64,000 nucleotides of DNA from Sphyrna mokarran (lineage: Eukaryota), in assembly GCA_024679065.1 (NCBI GenBank), contig JAGIQG010000035.1, positions 7,998,001 through 8,062,000 on the forward strand, written 5' to 3'. Shown piece after piece: positions 1 through 12,600 of the stretch. The translations under genes were made by a program, and so were the position numbers. Position 1 is the first letter of the stretch. Each line of letters begins with the position of its first letter. The notes below the pieces were generated by a model. It worked only from the letters and a program-made list of their open reading frames with translations, had not been told where the DNA came from and did not search any database.

Positions 1-179
1 ATTTACCCTGCTAATCCTCTGACACTAGAGGCAATTTAGCATGTCCAAACTACCTAACCTGCAAATCTTTGGACTGTGGGAGGAACCTGGAGAACTGAGG
101 AAACCCACACAGACAATGGCCCAAGATTGGAATTGAACCTGCATCCCTGGCACCATGAGGTAGCAGTGCTAACCACTGT
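1..179 (-). mobile_element. HE1-like V-SINE (tRNA-derived), truncated by the window edge
   Basis: Reverse complement gives the A box CAGTGGTTAGCACTGCT, B box GGTTCAATTCC and V-domain CCTCCCACAGTCCAAAGA. Confidence 0.85.
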
Positions 180-2377
180 TAAACCTATTATTTAAAGGCT
201 GAGACACTGGCTGGGGAAATAAAGTGGAGATTTTACCCCATGAATTTAGGCTTCAATGACATGCCCATTGCTTCATAAAATATTAAAATGCACAAACACG
301 AATGTGTTAAGATGGTTTTCCTACTCAGGCACTGTGGCAGTAGGCTGAATGGCTACTCCCGCGCCTTACTGATTTGATTTTACTGTCTATTAATTTTGAA
401 GGCAAAGCAATGGTTGACTTTAAAAACTGACCACCTTAAGTACATCCTATGGTTATCTATTTTTTTTTACCTTATCCAATTTGCCCATTATCTCTGCCTT
501 TCCTGATACTTGTAGCATCCTTTTTTGTAAAGACAATGTTTGCGTGCCTGCTTAGTGTGGATGCTTTAATGTAAAACCTGAACTACTTAAGTAAAATGTA
601 GTGCAAAGGAATTTCATGATTGTGCTGATAAATTTGATGCTGCTGAAATCAAGTGCCATCTTCAAACTTCTTAAATTTTGCTGACTTTCCATAATTCCAA
701 TTGACTTCCTGTTTTTTGACTCACTAGTCCATGCACTTCCTAGCCAGTCATACCGATCAGTTATCTCACCCAATCACCAGCAAAGATGCCTGGATTTAAT
801 CTCGTACAAGACCTCAGCAACACCCCCCAAGATCTGGGATGTTACAGAATCAAGGGCAAGGTTAAAAATAAATTCAAGGGGTAGTGAATAAATCAAACAA
901 ATACCATCTGCTCAATAAAGCTTTGCACTGCCACACAAGTGCACTGTTCCAAATATACACACGTTGATTTGAGTCAACGACAAAATGAAATTTGCATTAG
1001 ATTCAGATACTAATCAGTTAGCAATTTAATTCTTCATTGCCTCAAACAACCTATGTAAAAAAATGACTAAGCTCATTAATAAGGCGGATGGAGAAAGCAT
1101 ATTACATTTATCAAATTGTAAATAAATGCTGTAATGACCTAACTACTGCAATTTTGCTACAGATGTGCACAAAAGTGAACCTAGTGAGTAGTACTGGGAT
1201 TAATCTATTGTATTATTTGGTTTTGAACACTAAAGGATTTATTTACTACAGTTGATTTATAACATTGAGAACTCCAAATTCATGCATTTCTCATCCTGTC
1301 GTTTCTAAAGGGATGGCATGTGCCGAGAGAAATCAGACAATAATCAGCTTTTATTTGGAATCAGGGCTAAGGCTAGACTGTGGGCATCATTCTCAGATTG
1401 TCATTTACAAACATACATGAAGACAATGTCAGATATAGCTCATCATTAACCCTCAGTAAGACAATATTACACTATAGTTTTTCTGCTTCACAAACTAGAC
1501 TGACTACAAAGTGGTCAGTCACGCTTAATTTCTCAAGTCGAAATAAAACCTGCACAGCAGTCATCCATTTAATATTCTCTTTATAAGCACTTGTTTAAAA
1601 AAAGGAAGGAAATTCCTTTTATTTTGGTAAAGAAAATTAGGATTGGAAACCAAAAGTAAATCATACTGGACTTACCAATTTCTTTTGTGGACAAACTTGA
1701 AATACAAATTTAATATTCATGAAGAGTTCAACTTTCAGTGAAGATTTAGGGTCAACAGGGGTTAGCAGCGCTTGCTAAGGCACTTGATGCGATGCATATA
1801 ATTTACTGAAAATTGCACTTAATCCAATTACTTTGCATGAGTGAATAAGATTGCCTTGGTTGTTAAACAATGGAACTCTTGGCTTCAGTGATTACCAGAT
1901 AGTTCGTAGTTCTTTTCGTTTTAAATTCTTATTCTCTTCAATTTTTCCAATTTCAGATCATGCATTTGTAAACCTCTGCTGACGAATATAAACATATTAA
2001 GGAAGTAATTTTAAGTATTAGTTTAATAATCTGAACAGGACCTCAGATCACTGCAGGTCAACGCCCAAACGTAATAGGAATTCAAAACCTTCTGGGCCCA
2101 GTCTAGTCTTTGTACAGACTACATACATGCACTTTAGAAACCAATGTATTCTAAGATATAGGAAGGCATCATCTGGTGCAATTTAAGATGGCTTTGCTTG
2201 GGACTACGCCTGCATAATGCCTCAAGGTGTACAATGTAAAGTGTCACTCAGTATTTCGTTAAAGAACCAATGAGATATAACAGACCTCAAAAGGATCAAT
2301 ACAGGACAGATTCAATGGTGCTGTACGATCCAAGCCCTAAAATTACAGCTACCAGAGACTGTAAGATATTGGCTTAC

Positions 2378-2800
2378 TTTAATAGTACTGAGATCCATGG
2401 GATGTTTAATAATGTCGTGATAATCGTGGAGTCCCAAGGCTTCTACATCCACAGGTTTGTAGAACGGCCAGGCATAGGCTGCGTGCTTCTTGGCGAACAT
2501 TTCCTTGAGAATGCCAGTGCAGTACTTCAACTGTTCCGAAACTTTTCCACTGCCAACCACAACCCCAACACCTCCACCGCCACTACCTACAACCCCACCA
2601 CCTCCACCCCCACCCTTCTCCAGGTGTTGTTGCTGGGAGTCTGGCATTTCTTTCTTAGTTGGTTTTGGAGGTCTGCCGCTTCGAGATGGAATTTTTGCAG
2701 GTTTGGGTTCAGTCATTAATGGAGAAGACTCTCGACTCTTCACAGCGACATTGGTTGTTGGAGTCGTTGTGTCAGCTTTCCTTTTCACACCCTTTTTATG
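2378..2800 (-). CDS. brd4: BRD4 coding exon 5 (423 nt, motif A/NLS region and first half of BD2)
   Basis: [16 protein letters not shown]...[56 protein letters not shown]; acceptor (CT)n-taag, donor GTAAGC; phase 0/0. The next exon lies beyond the left edge. Confidence 0.96.
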
Positions 2801-2803
2801 CTT

Positions 2804-2824
2804 AGAGAGAGAGAGAGAGAGAGA
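2804..2824. repeat. (GA)n microsatellite forming the polypyrimidine tract of the 2378-2800 exon
   Basis: agagagagagagagagagaga immediately upstream (minus sense) of the acceptor. Confidence 0.9.
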
Positions 2825-3591
2825 AAAAAATGCATATTAAGTCCTGAAGATGCCATCCTACTAGACATTATTAGCCAAATAATACATAATGTGAAATAGA
2901 CCGAAGTGGGGAGATATTAATAGTTTATCCTTGTGACTGGTGAAGCAAACATTCTACTTTAAAATATTCCTCTTTTGCAAAAAAACTGAAAGCTTCTAGA
3001 TTCTGACTGCTTCACAATTCAACTTTTGATGAGTTAAAAGCACAACCCAAGACAAAAGCAGATGTCAACCATAACCACACCTGGCGGACAGACATTAGTT
3101 GTGTTAAAAGCACACAAATTGTTTCAAATGCTGCAATGCTAAGTCAAATACAGCAAAAGGAATTAAAATACAATGACATGGTTCCTGAGAATTCCTTGGG
3201 GAAATTGCTCAGAATTAATTCACAGTACACTCTTAGCTTAACGAAGTACTTTGACCTTGATTTTTTTTGATGTCCCCATATTCATTAGACCTCTCACTCA
3301 ACCCAATGTCTGATTGGGAGCACTAATGATTAGTCTTCCATTGTGGGTAAGCAGGAATACTACAAAAAAAACTTGGCAATGTTCTTGGTTAAAACCTATT
3401 TTAAACCAGCAGCTGGTCCACCATTTAAGAAATACTTAAGTACACTTAGCAAGTGTCGGGACTATCTGTGTATATTTCTCAAAGATTGTACTGATTTCTC
3501 TATAAAGATTTGGACCCAAACGATTACAGCCTGAAAAAAGGAAGAACACAGGGAACAAAACTAGTGGCGAAGCTACTGAAAGGTTATCTAC

Positions 3592-3899
3592 CTTTGAAGG
3601 CTGTGATGCTGTCGTCATTACAGTTGTTGGCGTGAGGGTCGGCATTGGGGGAGCCGACGTATGTGGCGACACAGTCGTTGTGGGTGGCTGGACAATCAGG
3701 TCAGGCGTTGCAGGAGGAAATGACTGGGGCGTGGGCGCTGGCACCGATACAGAAGGAAGCTGCGGCTGTGGTGGTGGCGGCTGAGAGGCCTGGGGTGTCC
3801 GCTGGGATGGCGGCGGTTGCTGAGTCTGTGCTGGTGCCAAGGACGGCACGGTTGTCTGTGTGGCAGTCTGTACAGTTGACATGTTGGGTTTAGACTGAA
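3592..3899 (-). CDS. brd4: BRD4 coding exon 4 (308 nt, Pro/Thr/Gln-rich linker between BD1 and BD2)
   Basis: (V)QSKPNMSTVQTATQTTVPSLAPAQTQQPPP...FPPATPDLIVQPPTTT...TTASQPSK; acceptor ttttcatttag, donor GTAGAT (weak); phase 1/0; TPDLIVQ motif typical of BRD4. Confidence 0.9.
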
Positions 3900-6171
3900 C
3901 TAAATGAAAACAAAATGACGATGTATATTAAATATAACTGATGAATGTCCAACTCCAACACAACCACAGGCTAACTATTAATATCCAAAATATACTACTT
4001 ATCTGTACAAACATGTCAATATTTAGGAGGAAAATCACTGATGCCATCCTTTTAATTAGTCATTATGACACTTCAACAAAAACTTAAGTCTCAAATTATG
4101 AGAAGTGCAGCAGTAAAGAGATAGAATTGCTGATAAGCAAAGGCTTAAAATCACTCATGGCTACACTGTGCATGTTTAAATGACATAAGCAGCCAACATA
4201 CAGGTTGCAAGTTTTAAACCTCCTGGCATTTTTGAATTAGTCAAAGAAATGGAGACTAGTTTAATGCACTCAAATCAATGCTCCTTTGAACTTATTTCGT
4301 AACACGTTATTGCCAGGTCTAGTATGATGGACCTCCTCCTCTGAAGCGTTAGAAGAGCAGAACGCAAGGGAGTGAGCGAGCGAGCAACATTTTGGAAGCT
4401 TAGAACAGAACACATCTGAACAATTTTTCTGATTTTAATACAGGATCTTGCAACTTTTAAATCCATTAATTCAAATTAACAGGGCCATATTTAGTATAAA
4501 ACCCATGTCAAAAAGGGGTATAAAAATGTTAACTGTGGGTTTCAAAATCAAAATATGATGTGCAGCAGATAGTTTTGCCAAGTGTTTTTTTTTGTCAAGG
4601 ATTCTACTACTGAGCATATAATTAAATCTAATGCCAGTGACAAAACATCGATTGTCAAGTAACATTCAACTAAGACCCGGACTCAAAATATTGCAAGTAG
4701 AATGAAATCCATAACATCAGCATGTTTGTTTCAGGTGCGAGTTTGCCTGCTCAGGGGAATATAAAACTTAGTGGCAGCATTTAAAAATGACATAGCACTG
4801 CCATGACGCCATAAACAACATTTAACCCTCATTGAGCCTCCATGTACATTAACTAGCAATTTATCTTGTGCCATTTGTGGTACTTTTCTGTGCAAAACTC
4901 AGCTGATACTTCACTAGAACAAAAATAACAGCACTTGAAGTAATTAACTGGCAACAATACTTTGTAATGGTCTTAAGATGTGAAAGTGCAATACACATGT
5001 AACGTATTGTCTTTAAAAATTATGGCGGCCTCTTGATTCCTTCTGACTTCTTGGGAGAACGCTGGTATGAGTAACATTATGCAGATATGCTTTTGGCATT
5101 GTGCCAAAATCTGCTAAAAGAAAGCATATGGAAGCTTCCAGAACAAAAGGGCATGTGGGAAAATGCACGGATATGGTCCTGTTCCACTCTAGGAGTTTTG
5201 TTATGTGAATGCCAACTTTTAAAATATATAAATTAAAGCCACTGATGTACAAACAATGCTTTGGTACTTTAACTTCAACCTGAAAGACCTCAGCATTGGT
5301 CATGTGAAGACTGTTCCATAATGTCTGAGAAAAGCAGTAAATCCTCTTAACAATCACTGTCAATATAAACATGACTGCAATACTAAATGATGCTTGGAGA
5401 TATTACAGCTCTGTACCATGTGCAGCGATCCTGTCTGCTGATAGTTAGATCAGCATTGGCAGATTGGATATGGCAGTAATCTGATCCCACAGTACTGTTA
5501 TTAGAGTCTTGCATGAGTGTGATTCAGTCTAGTCCTCTGATGGGGCCTACTTAAGGGAGTAGATTTTCAAATTCTCCATGATCTAACCAACAAATTATTT
5601 CAGGAACTACATGCACAGTCTCTGATGTGCAGAAAACTAAAGCACAAATTTTTAACAAAATGTCTCAGATTTCCATACACTGCAAAACTGCACAAGTTAG
5701 AGAAAGCTATTTATGGACATGCCATTCATAAATGGAGTTGCCTGCCAATTTTGTATCAAATGAATTGATAGGATGCTGAATTTACAATTGTTTGTTTAAC
5801 CTTAAAGGTGAGAATGAATGGATGTCTTAGCAACAAGAGACCAAGAGATTTTTGGTTTGAAATATTGAATTTCTGGTCAATTTATACTGAAAAATCAATT
5901 AAGTAATAGTATTCCAGCATAGGTTACTTTCATGATTTATAAATTACATTTTGGGGTTTAAAAGAATGGCAGAGATTGTACTACTTGCAATCAGCCATGT
6001 TGCTTACCAAATTACAAACCTACACACAGTGAGATTTCTCAGGCAGGTCTCTGACTTGCTCAAGAACTCGTCGGTTTTAATGACCTCCAAAATAAGCCAC
6101 AGAGAAATCTACAACTGGATTCTTTTTTGTTGTCTGCAATGCCTCTGTATGTGTACACAACCCAAATTGCA

Positions 6172-6414
6172 GGGCTGCATAGTGGAACAGGGGCTAGCAC
6201 TGCTACCTAACAGTGCCAGGACTTAGGCTCAATTCCTGGCTTGGGTCATTGTCTGTGTGGGGTTTGCACATTCTCCCCATGTCTGCATGGGTTTTCTCTG
6301 CATGCTCTGGTTTCCTCCCACAATCCAAAGATATGCGAGTTAGGTTGATTCGCCATGGTAAATTGCCGTTAGTATCAGGGGACTAACAGGGTGAATACGT
6401 GGGGTCATGGAGAA
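6172..6414 (+). mobile_element. HE1-like V-SINE, 3' truncated
   Basis: tRNA-like head (gctagcactgct...ggctcaattcc) and V-domain gtctgtgtggggtttgcacattctcccc...ggtttcctcccacaatccaaagat. Confidence 0.85.
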
Positions 6415-6729
6415 CGTATTTCTTAACATCAAAATGCACTTAATTTGGGTAAATTAACAGTTTTGACAAAAACTTGACCATTCGTTCCAAGGGCAAATTT
6501 GTTTCCTGGTAGCTGAACAATGGGCTACCTTCATAAAAGAGATGGTTTAGGCAGAGTCAAGGTGTGTTCATTCAAAGTGAAAGATAAGACAAACAAAGCC
6601 AGAGCTCCCTGGATAACAATTACGATAGAAACTAAGATAAAAAGAAAACGTGTGCTTGTGCTAAGTGTCACCTAGAAGGCACAATTAAAGACCATTCTAA
6701 ATGCTGAAGGTTCAGAGGAGAAGTGAAAA

Positions 6730-8370
6730 AGCAAGCAGCTAATATAAAAGGTAATCTTATTCTTCTTTAGTGACAAATAGCAAAAAAGGTGGCAAAAAAG
6801 ACGCCATAGGGCTGATTTGGGACAAAAACGGAATTTACACATCTGAAGTATTACATGAATACTTTGCACCTGTCTTTATCAAAGAAGGCATAACCTAGTC
6901 CATGGAGAAGGAGGACATTCAATCACTAGAATTATTTAAAATAGACATGGGGATGGTCTGTCTGTAGAGTTGACAAGACACTGGCACCAGAAGAATATAG
7001 AGGGAAATTAGAGGTGCTGGAAATTGCAATCGTTGTGGTCCTTGTTCAATCAGCCCTGCAACTGCAATCCAGTCAGTTTAACTTCAGTGATGGGGAAACT
7101 TAGACAAACTACAATTTGCAACCAAATTGATAATAACATTGTCAAAGGCATGTTAATTATGGACTGCCAGCACGGATATAAGGAAAAATTATGTTTAACT
7201 AAGTTTCCTAAAGCCACAGAGGAGGTTTAAAAGGGCAATGTTGTTTGACAGGGTGTACATGGACTTCCAAAAGACATTTGATAGTGCTGTACAAGAGACC
7301 TGCTTGTGGAATAAGAGGGCCAGTAGCAACATGGTTAGAAAATTGGGGGGATAACACGAAACCAAGAGTAATAGTTAAGGACTGGAGGAAGGTTTGTAGT
7401 GGAGTTCCCCAGTGGTCAGTATTGGCACCCTTGCTTCTCGTGACATATATCAACAATCTTGATGTGCAGGGAAGAAGTTTAAAATTTGTAGATGTGACAA
7501 AACTTAGAAGCCTTTTAAATTGTGGGAAGGATAATGCAGAACTTCAAAAGCTGGTGCAAAGAATGGATAGGTAGTAGGCAAAGTTCAATGCAAAGAAATC
7601 AGAGGAACATTGAGACAGTGTCAAATAAAAGGTATACTCTAAAGGAGTTGCAAAAGCATAGGGACCTGGATGAATTATGTACACAAATCATTAAACATTC
7701 TCAAACAGATTGGGAAATCAGTTGATAAAGCACGCCGTATCCTAAGCTTGTTAACAGAGACATACAGTGCAAGAATAAGGAGGTTGCATTGAAGTTGTAT
7801 AAGATACTAATCAGATGTCAGTTGGAGCATTGCATACAGTTCTAGGTACCACGTTTTAGGAAGGGCGTGAAGACATTGGAGAGCATGCAAAAATGGTTTA
7901 TGAGAATTATTCAAAGATGAAAAGTTTTAGTTATGAAGATAGATTGGAGAATTTGGGCTCTTTGCCTTGGGGAAAAGGCAGCTGAAAGGACATTTGATAC
8001 AAGTATTCAAAATCACAAGAGGGTTGGACAGAGCAGATTGGGGAAGGATCTCATAAAAGGACGAAGAATGAGAAGGAAAAGATTTAAAACAAGTGATAAA
8101 AATAGCAAAAGTGATGCAAAAAAAACATTTTTCACAGAGTGGCTGGAGTCTGGAATGCACAGCTGAAGTGATTTTTAACCCAGGGAAATGAGAAAATGTG
8201 GTGGAAACAGGTTTAATCAAGGCATTCGGGAGGAAATGATTATTTGAAAAGAAACAATCTGCAAGGTCCTGGGGAGGAAGAAGGAAAATGGCATTAGGTG
8301 AAAGGCTCATATGAAAAGCGGTGCAGAAACGATAAACTGAATGGCTTCATTCTGCAACTATACTCTTCAA
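6730..8370 (+). mobile_element. Degraded CR1 LINE (RT and 3' end)
   Basis: Frameshifted CR1 RT motifs: VYMDFQK-F (gtgtacatggacttccaaa), SGVPQWSVLAPLL..YINNLD, KFVDVTKL, LYKILIR..LEHCIQF. Confidence 0.85.
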
Positions 8371-8586
8371 TTATAAGAAATGCATTTTCACCACTCCTCA
8401 ACAGAACCATGCTGACCAGCTACTTTCAAATTATCTTTACAGTAGTTTTTGACAGCAGTAACCAAGAGCAAGAGGTCCTCATCCCAGTCTTTTTTTCTGC
8501 TTTTAAGGGCATGTTTTAAGCATTATTAACCACATACACCAGGTTCTCACAATTTTTTTGAATGCCCTAAATTAAATCTACACTCA

Positions 8587-8882
8587 GAATCCCTACAGTG
8601 CAGAAGGCCGCCATTTGGCCTATCAAGACTGCACTGACTGACCGAGAGAGGAGCTTACCCAGGCCTTAACTCCATAATCTCACATTATACCTAAAACTAC
8701 ATATTTTGGGGCACTAAGGGACAATTTAGCATAGCCAATCCATCTAACCAGCACAACTTTGGACTGAGGGGAAATCAGAGCAGCCAGAGAAAATTCACGC
8801 AAAGGAGAATATGCAGTCACCCAAGGCCAGAATTGAACCTGATCTCTGACTACGTGGCAATAGTGCTAACCACTGTGCTACC
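8587..8882 (-). mobile_element. HE1-like V-SINE with CR1-type tail
   Basis: Tail agaatccctacagtgcagaagg...ccatttggcc; head ...aattgaacct...agtgctaaccactgtgc. Confidence 0.85.
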
Positions 8883-9513
8883 TATAAAAACAAACATCAG
8901 TATGGTCAAGTCCCTACACTTCAGAAAAATCATACACAGCAGCATAATCAAGTGACAGGCTTTACATTCAAACTGATTCAAAGAATTTTACAATCAATGA
9001 TACTTAGTAAAATTATCACAAAGTTAATCATAGGTAGCATCAAAAATATAGCAGAATTATGTGCACGGTCTCAGATTTGCATCTCATCTGCATAGCATTA
9101 AATGGATTCCAGGTCCTGAGAAGAAAACACAAGTTCACTCAGCAACCATTTCAGAACTGCACTGGAAAAGAATTTGAAGCAACTGATATGTAACCCAAGG
9201 ATATGAGAAAATGAGTAAGGAGAAAAAATAGAAACAAGTAAACTACAGATGGTTCAACAGTTACCAGCATCTTGAGACAGAAACATATTAAACTTATTCA
9301 TTCATAACTCTCAATGCACCCAAACTTCAATGTTATCTACAAATTTGGCACTGTTTCAGTAATATCAGAGAACTCAGTGACGCTACATGTCCAAAATGGA
9401 GGTCAGTTAACATACCCAAATCAGGGGACAAATGCACAAGCAAAGCAACAGCTCTTTGCAAGCTTGAATATCTCAGCCGCTATTCCAAAGAAAACAAAGG
9501 ACAAAACATGTAC

Positions 9514-9652
9514 CTGCTTCTTTCCTGCCTCTACCCCGTGATCCTTTGGTAGGCTGTATGGGTATTTCAATCTCCTCTTGCGGCATCTCCGAAATTTTCT
9601 GAAGAAAAATCTTTTCCAAAGCTTCTGCCATTAAGACTATGTCATCCCCTTG
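9514..9652 (-). CDS. brd4: BRD4 coding exon 3 (139 nt, BD1 helix C); absent from the ORF track
   Basis: Manual translation [46 protein letters not shown]+G; acceptor tttaatttacag, donor GTACAT; phase 0/1. Confidence 0.95.
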
Positions 9653-12600
9653 CTGTAAATTAAAGAAAATACATATTATCCAGTAACTACAGTTTAACTA
9701 CCATAAAACAAAAACAGTGAGAGTATTTGAGTTTTGCAGTTAAAAAGGAAACAATGAATGGAAACTAACTGAACTACAATTTAGATCCGTTAATTTTGTT
9801 ATATGCAAACAAAGCCAACTAAGGACTTTGAACACAAGCTCTTAATGAGACACGGCCTTGGTTTGGCAATGTGCCTGAAAGTTTAACAGAGGTTAGTCCC
9901 CATAGTTGGAACGTGAGCTTCGAAAAGGAAGCCATGGCGGAGTTGGTAAATTCATGGCCTGGAGTGGGTGGCATTGAGCCAAAGAAATTGGGACGGGCCA
10001 GAGTTAAATCAATGCTCTATGCTAAATTTACTAACCTCACTAAGGGTAGCAGCAAGGATGCTATTAATGGCCTTCAGGATAAAGGAAAATATCAGACACA
10101 AAACAAAGCAGCTAATTTATCACAATCTAGCAACTTACATCTGAAGTTAATTGTATGGACATCTTGTAGTAAAATAACCTGTTAATACTCTACAGCTAGA
10201 CCCCAAAGGATGGTCTGGATGTTACTCCACACTCTCGAAACTGTATTAAGAAACTGCTCTTTCAATTCAACAAAGACAATTGCAAACAATTCAGCTCAAC
10301 TCTTTAAATGCCTCCGTCCCTAACATACCAGTGGCTCGGCAGCAGCATGATTTCTCTTCATATATTTAGACAAAACAGATGTTTCAATATGGGAACCAAA
10401 AAACATTTTATGGCTAAGAAAGGTAAAGCAAATGGTTGCAGCATGCATGTACATACTTAAAATGCAGATAATTAGTATTTAGCTTCAACACAGTAAAACT
10501 AATATTCTTCTGTTAACATTAGAGTTGAAGAGACATATTACACAATGTGCTTCTTTCTCGTGCCATTTCAAAAACTTGCAATGAAACATAGTTACAGGCC
10601 ATTCACCAAGTTCTTCTGGCTGTCGTTCTTTCTTTGCTTCATATCATTAAACAACAACAAATTCTCAAATCACAGCAAAAGATGCTGCCATTCAGCCTAT
10701 TATGCCCAATGATCTCAGTCCATCTGCCACTTTGCCACTGAACTGCACGCCTCTGCAGTTATATATCCAACTCCTTTTGGGAAATTGCTAGTGACTGCTT
10801 CCTCCATCTTTTCAAGCAATGCATACTAGATTGTAAAATTATTCCAACATCTGCCATCCTCTCTCATGGTCTTTTGCTAATTATCTTAATTGCACCCTCT
10901 GATTACCAACTCTTCTGAAAGAGGAAAGACACGCTCACCATTCACTCTTTCAAAACCCCTTTTAATCTCGAAGGCAACTAGCCTGGATAAAAAGTTTAGC
11001 AGGAGATACTTGCTTGCCTTGGTATTCAATGTCTCCATTTATAAAGGGAAAGGTTCTATATATTTCAAGTCTTACCACCAATACAGCCGTTATTCTTTAC
11101 ATCAGAATCCGTGGTTGTAAGCCCCTTAATAGTTTCAATTATATTGCCTCTTTTGTGCCTTCCAAAATGTTGTCGCTTTATACATCTTATTTTCTACATC
11201 ATGTTAGACCAATTCAACTATCTTCAACAAATTATTTTTGATGTGCTTCATTGTTTCACATTTTTGAAGTTACATGACATCTCAAACTTTTAAATTAAGC
11301 CCCCTAAACCCAAGTTTAAGTCACTTCTGCATACCTGAAACAGCAACAATCCTAATAAATGTAATCCTTTTGGCAGAAATCAGTTTCTCCCCATACATCA
11401 GAACTTTTAAGGTTTACTATTCCATAAGAGAGGACCTGTAGTGTGCATTCAAGGAATAGTTAGGTGCTCAAAAACAGCATTCAAGCACACTTCCCTTTAT
11501 GATGACTAGTTAAAGATTACTGTGTAATATGTATAAACTGTTATACATAGTTCTGACTTGTACTGTATTAAGAATCAGAGACATTTGAACCTCCATGTTT
11601 TGCTAATTGTCAAGTTAAATTTGGCCAAAATAATTTAATAACAGAATGAGATTTAGTCACTAATAATAACTAAACTGTTATTCTCTGTTTTCTACAAATA
11701 AAACATCTTTTCTGCACTAACTTTATCTTACCTCAGTTCAAATGACTTAATAATTCAAATAATACCCAAGTGTCAGACTGTTGCAATACATGTAGTGTGC
11801 TTGATATGCAAGAACATTTAACATCTTAAGTAAAACCATGCTCACACTACAAATGAGCTTGAAAGCCATTTCAAGGAGAATGTATATAGAGTTTGCACTG
11901 TTCATAATCTTCCCCTGGAGTTCATTGCCAACTCCAGAAACAAGTCAGAGACAGCACATACCTAGAAGGCACACTACTTTTAACAAAACTCTCCAAAGCA
12001 ATATTACGCATACCATTTGAGAGTCACAAGAAAACTCTCAACTATTTAAAATCTCACTTGTCCTGCAGCACTTAAACTGCAAATGATTTTTGCTGCAACT
12101 GCATTACTGGTTGCTTTTCCAGATAATTCCATTCTGTCCCCTCAAGAAAATAATCAACACAAGGTCGCTTACATGGCTCCTCAAGAGAATGGAACTGAAA
12201 AAGCATCAAACAAAGCTGTTTGCATTTACAGACTTGTCTTGGAATTACACTCGAGGTTTTTCTTCAAACAACAAGTCCCATTAATAAGTCATGATTAATC
12301 TTAGCAGCTGCATCTGTATTTATCTTTCTCATTCAGCTTCAATTCTTAGCGATCCAAGCACCAGCTCTCATGATACGCTTCACAGGCAGCCATTCATGTC
12401 TGAATTACAGTTTATCCAATTCTATTCAATATATCCAACTTCAGGCATTTGTCTTCAAATCTTACTCCAGCTACGTATTGCTAAACTTCCACTCGCAGTT
12501 AGGATCAGTAAAGTTTTTGCTAACGTACACTTATTTTGAAATGAACTAGCAGAAACAAACCTCTGCATCTTTTTTTAAAAAAAACGTAATTGTCACAATT

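Noticed and set aside
1-2377. Search for the next BD2 exon (...EY.DAQEF..DVRLMFSNCYKYN)
   Set aside because: Not found; it must lie beyond the left edge. ORF 552-773 shows no similarity to it.
2270-2840. Plus-strand ORFs 2270-2719 and 2490-2840
   Set aside because: Antisense shadows of the GC-rich brd4 exon; no independent protein signature.
3072-3092. CTCF-like motif tgtccgccaggtgtgg
   Set aside because: Poor match in the GGGGGC core; chance level.
3436-3591. Read-through of ORF 3436-3882 past the GTAGAT donor
   Set aside because: Intronic: the BRD4 frame continues with HKKGVKRK after splicing at 3592. Retention cannot be shown from sequence alone.
5015-5030. YY1-like ATGGCGGC motif
   Set aside because: Isolated short match with no supporting context.
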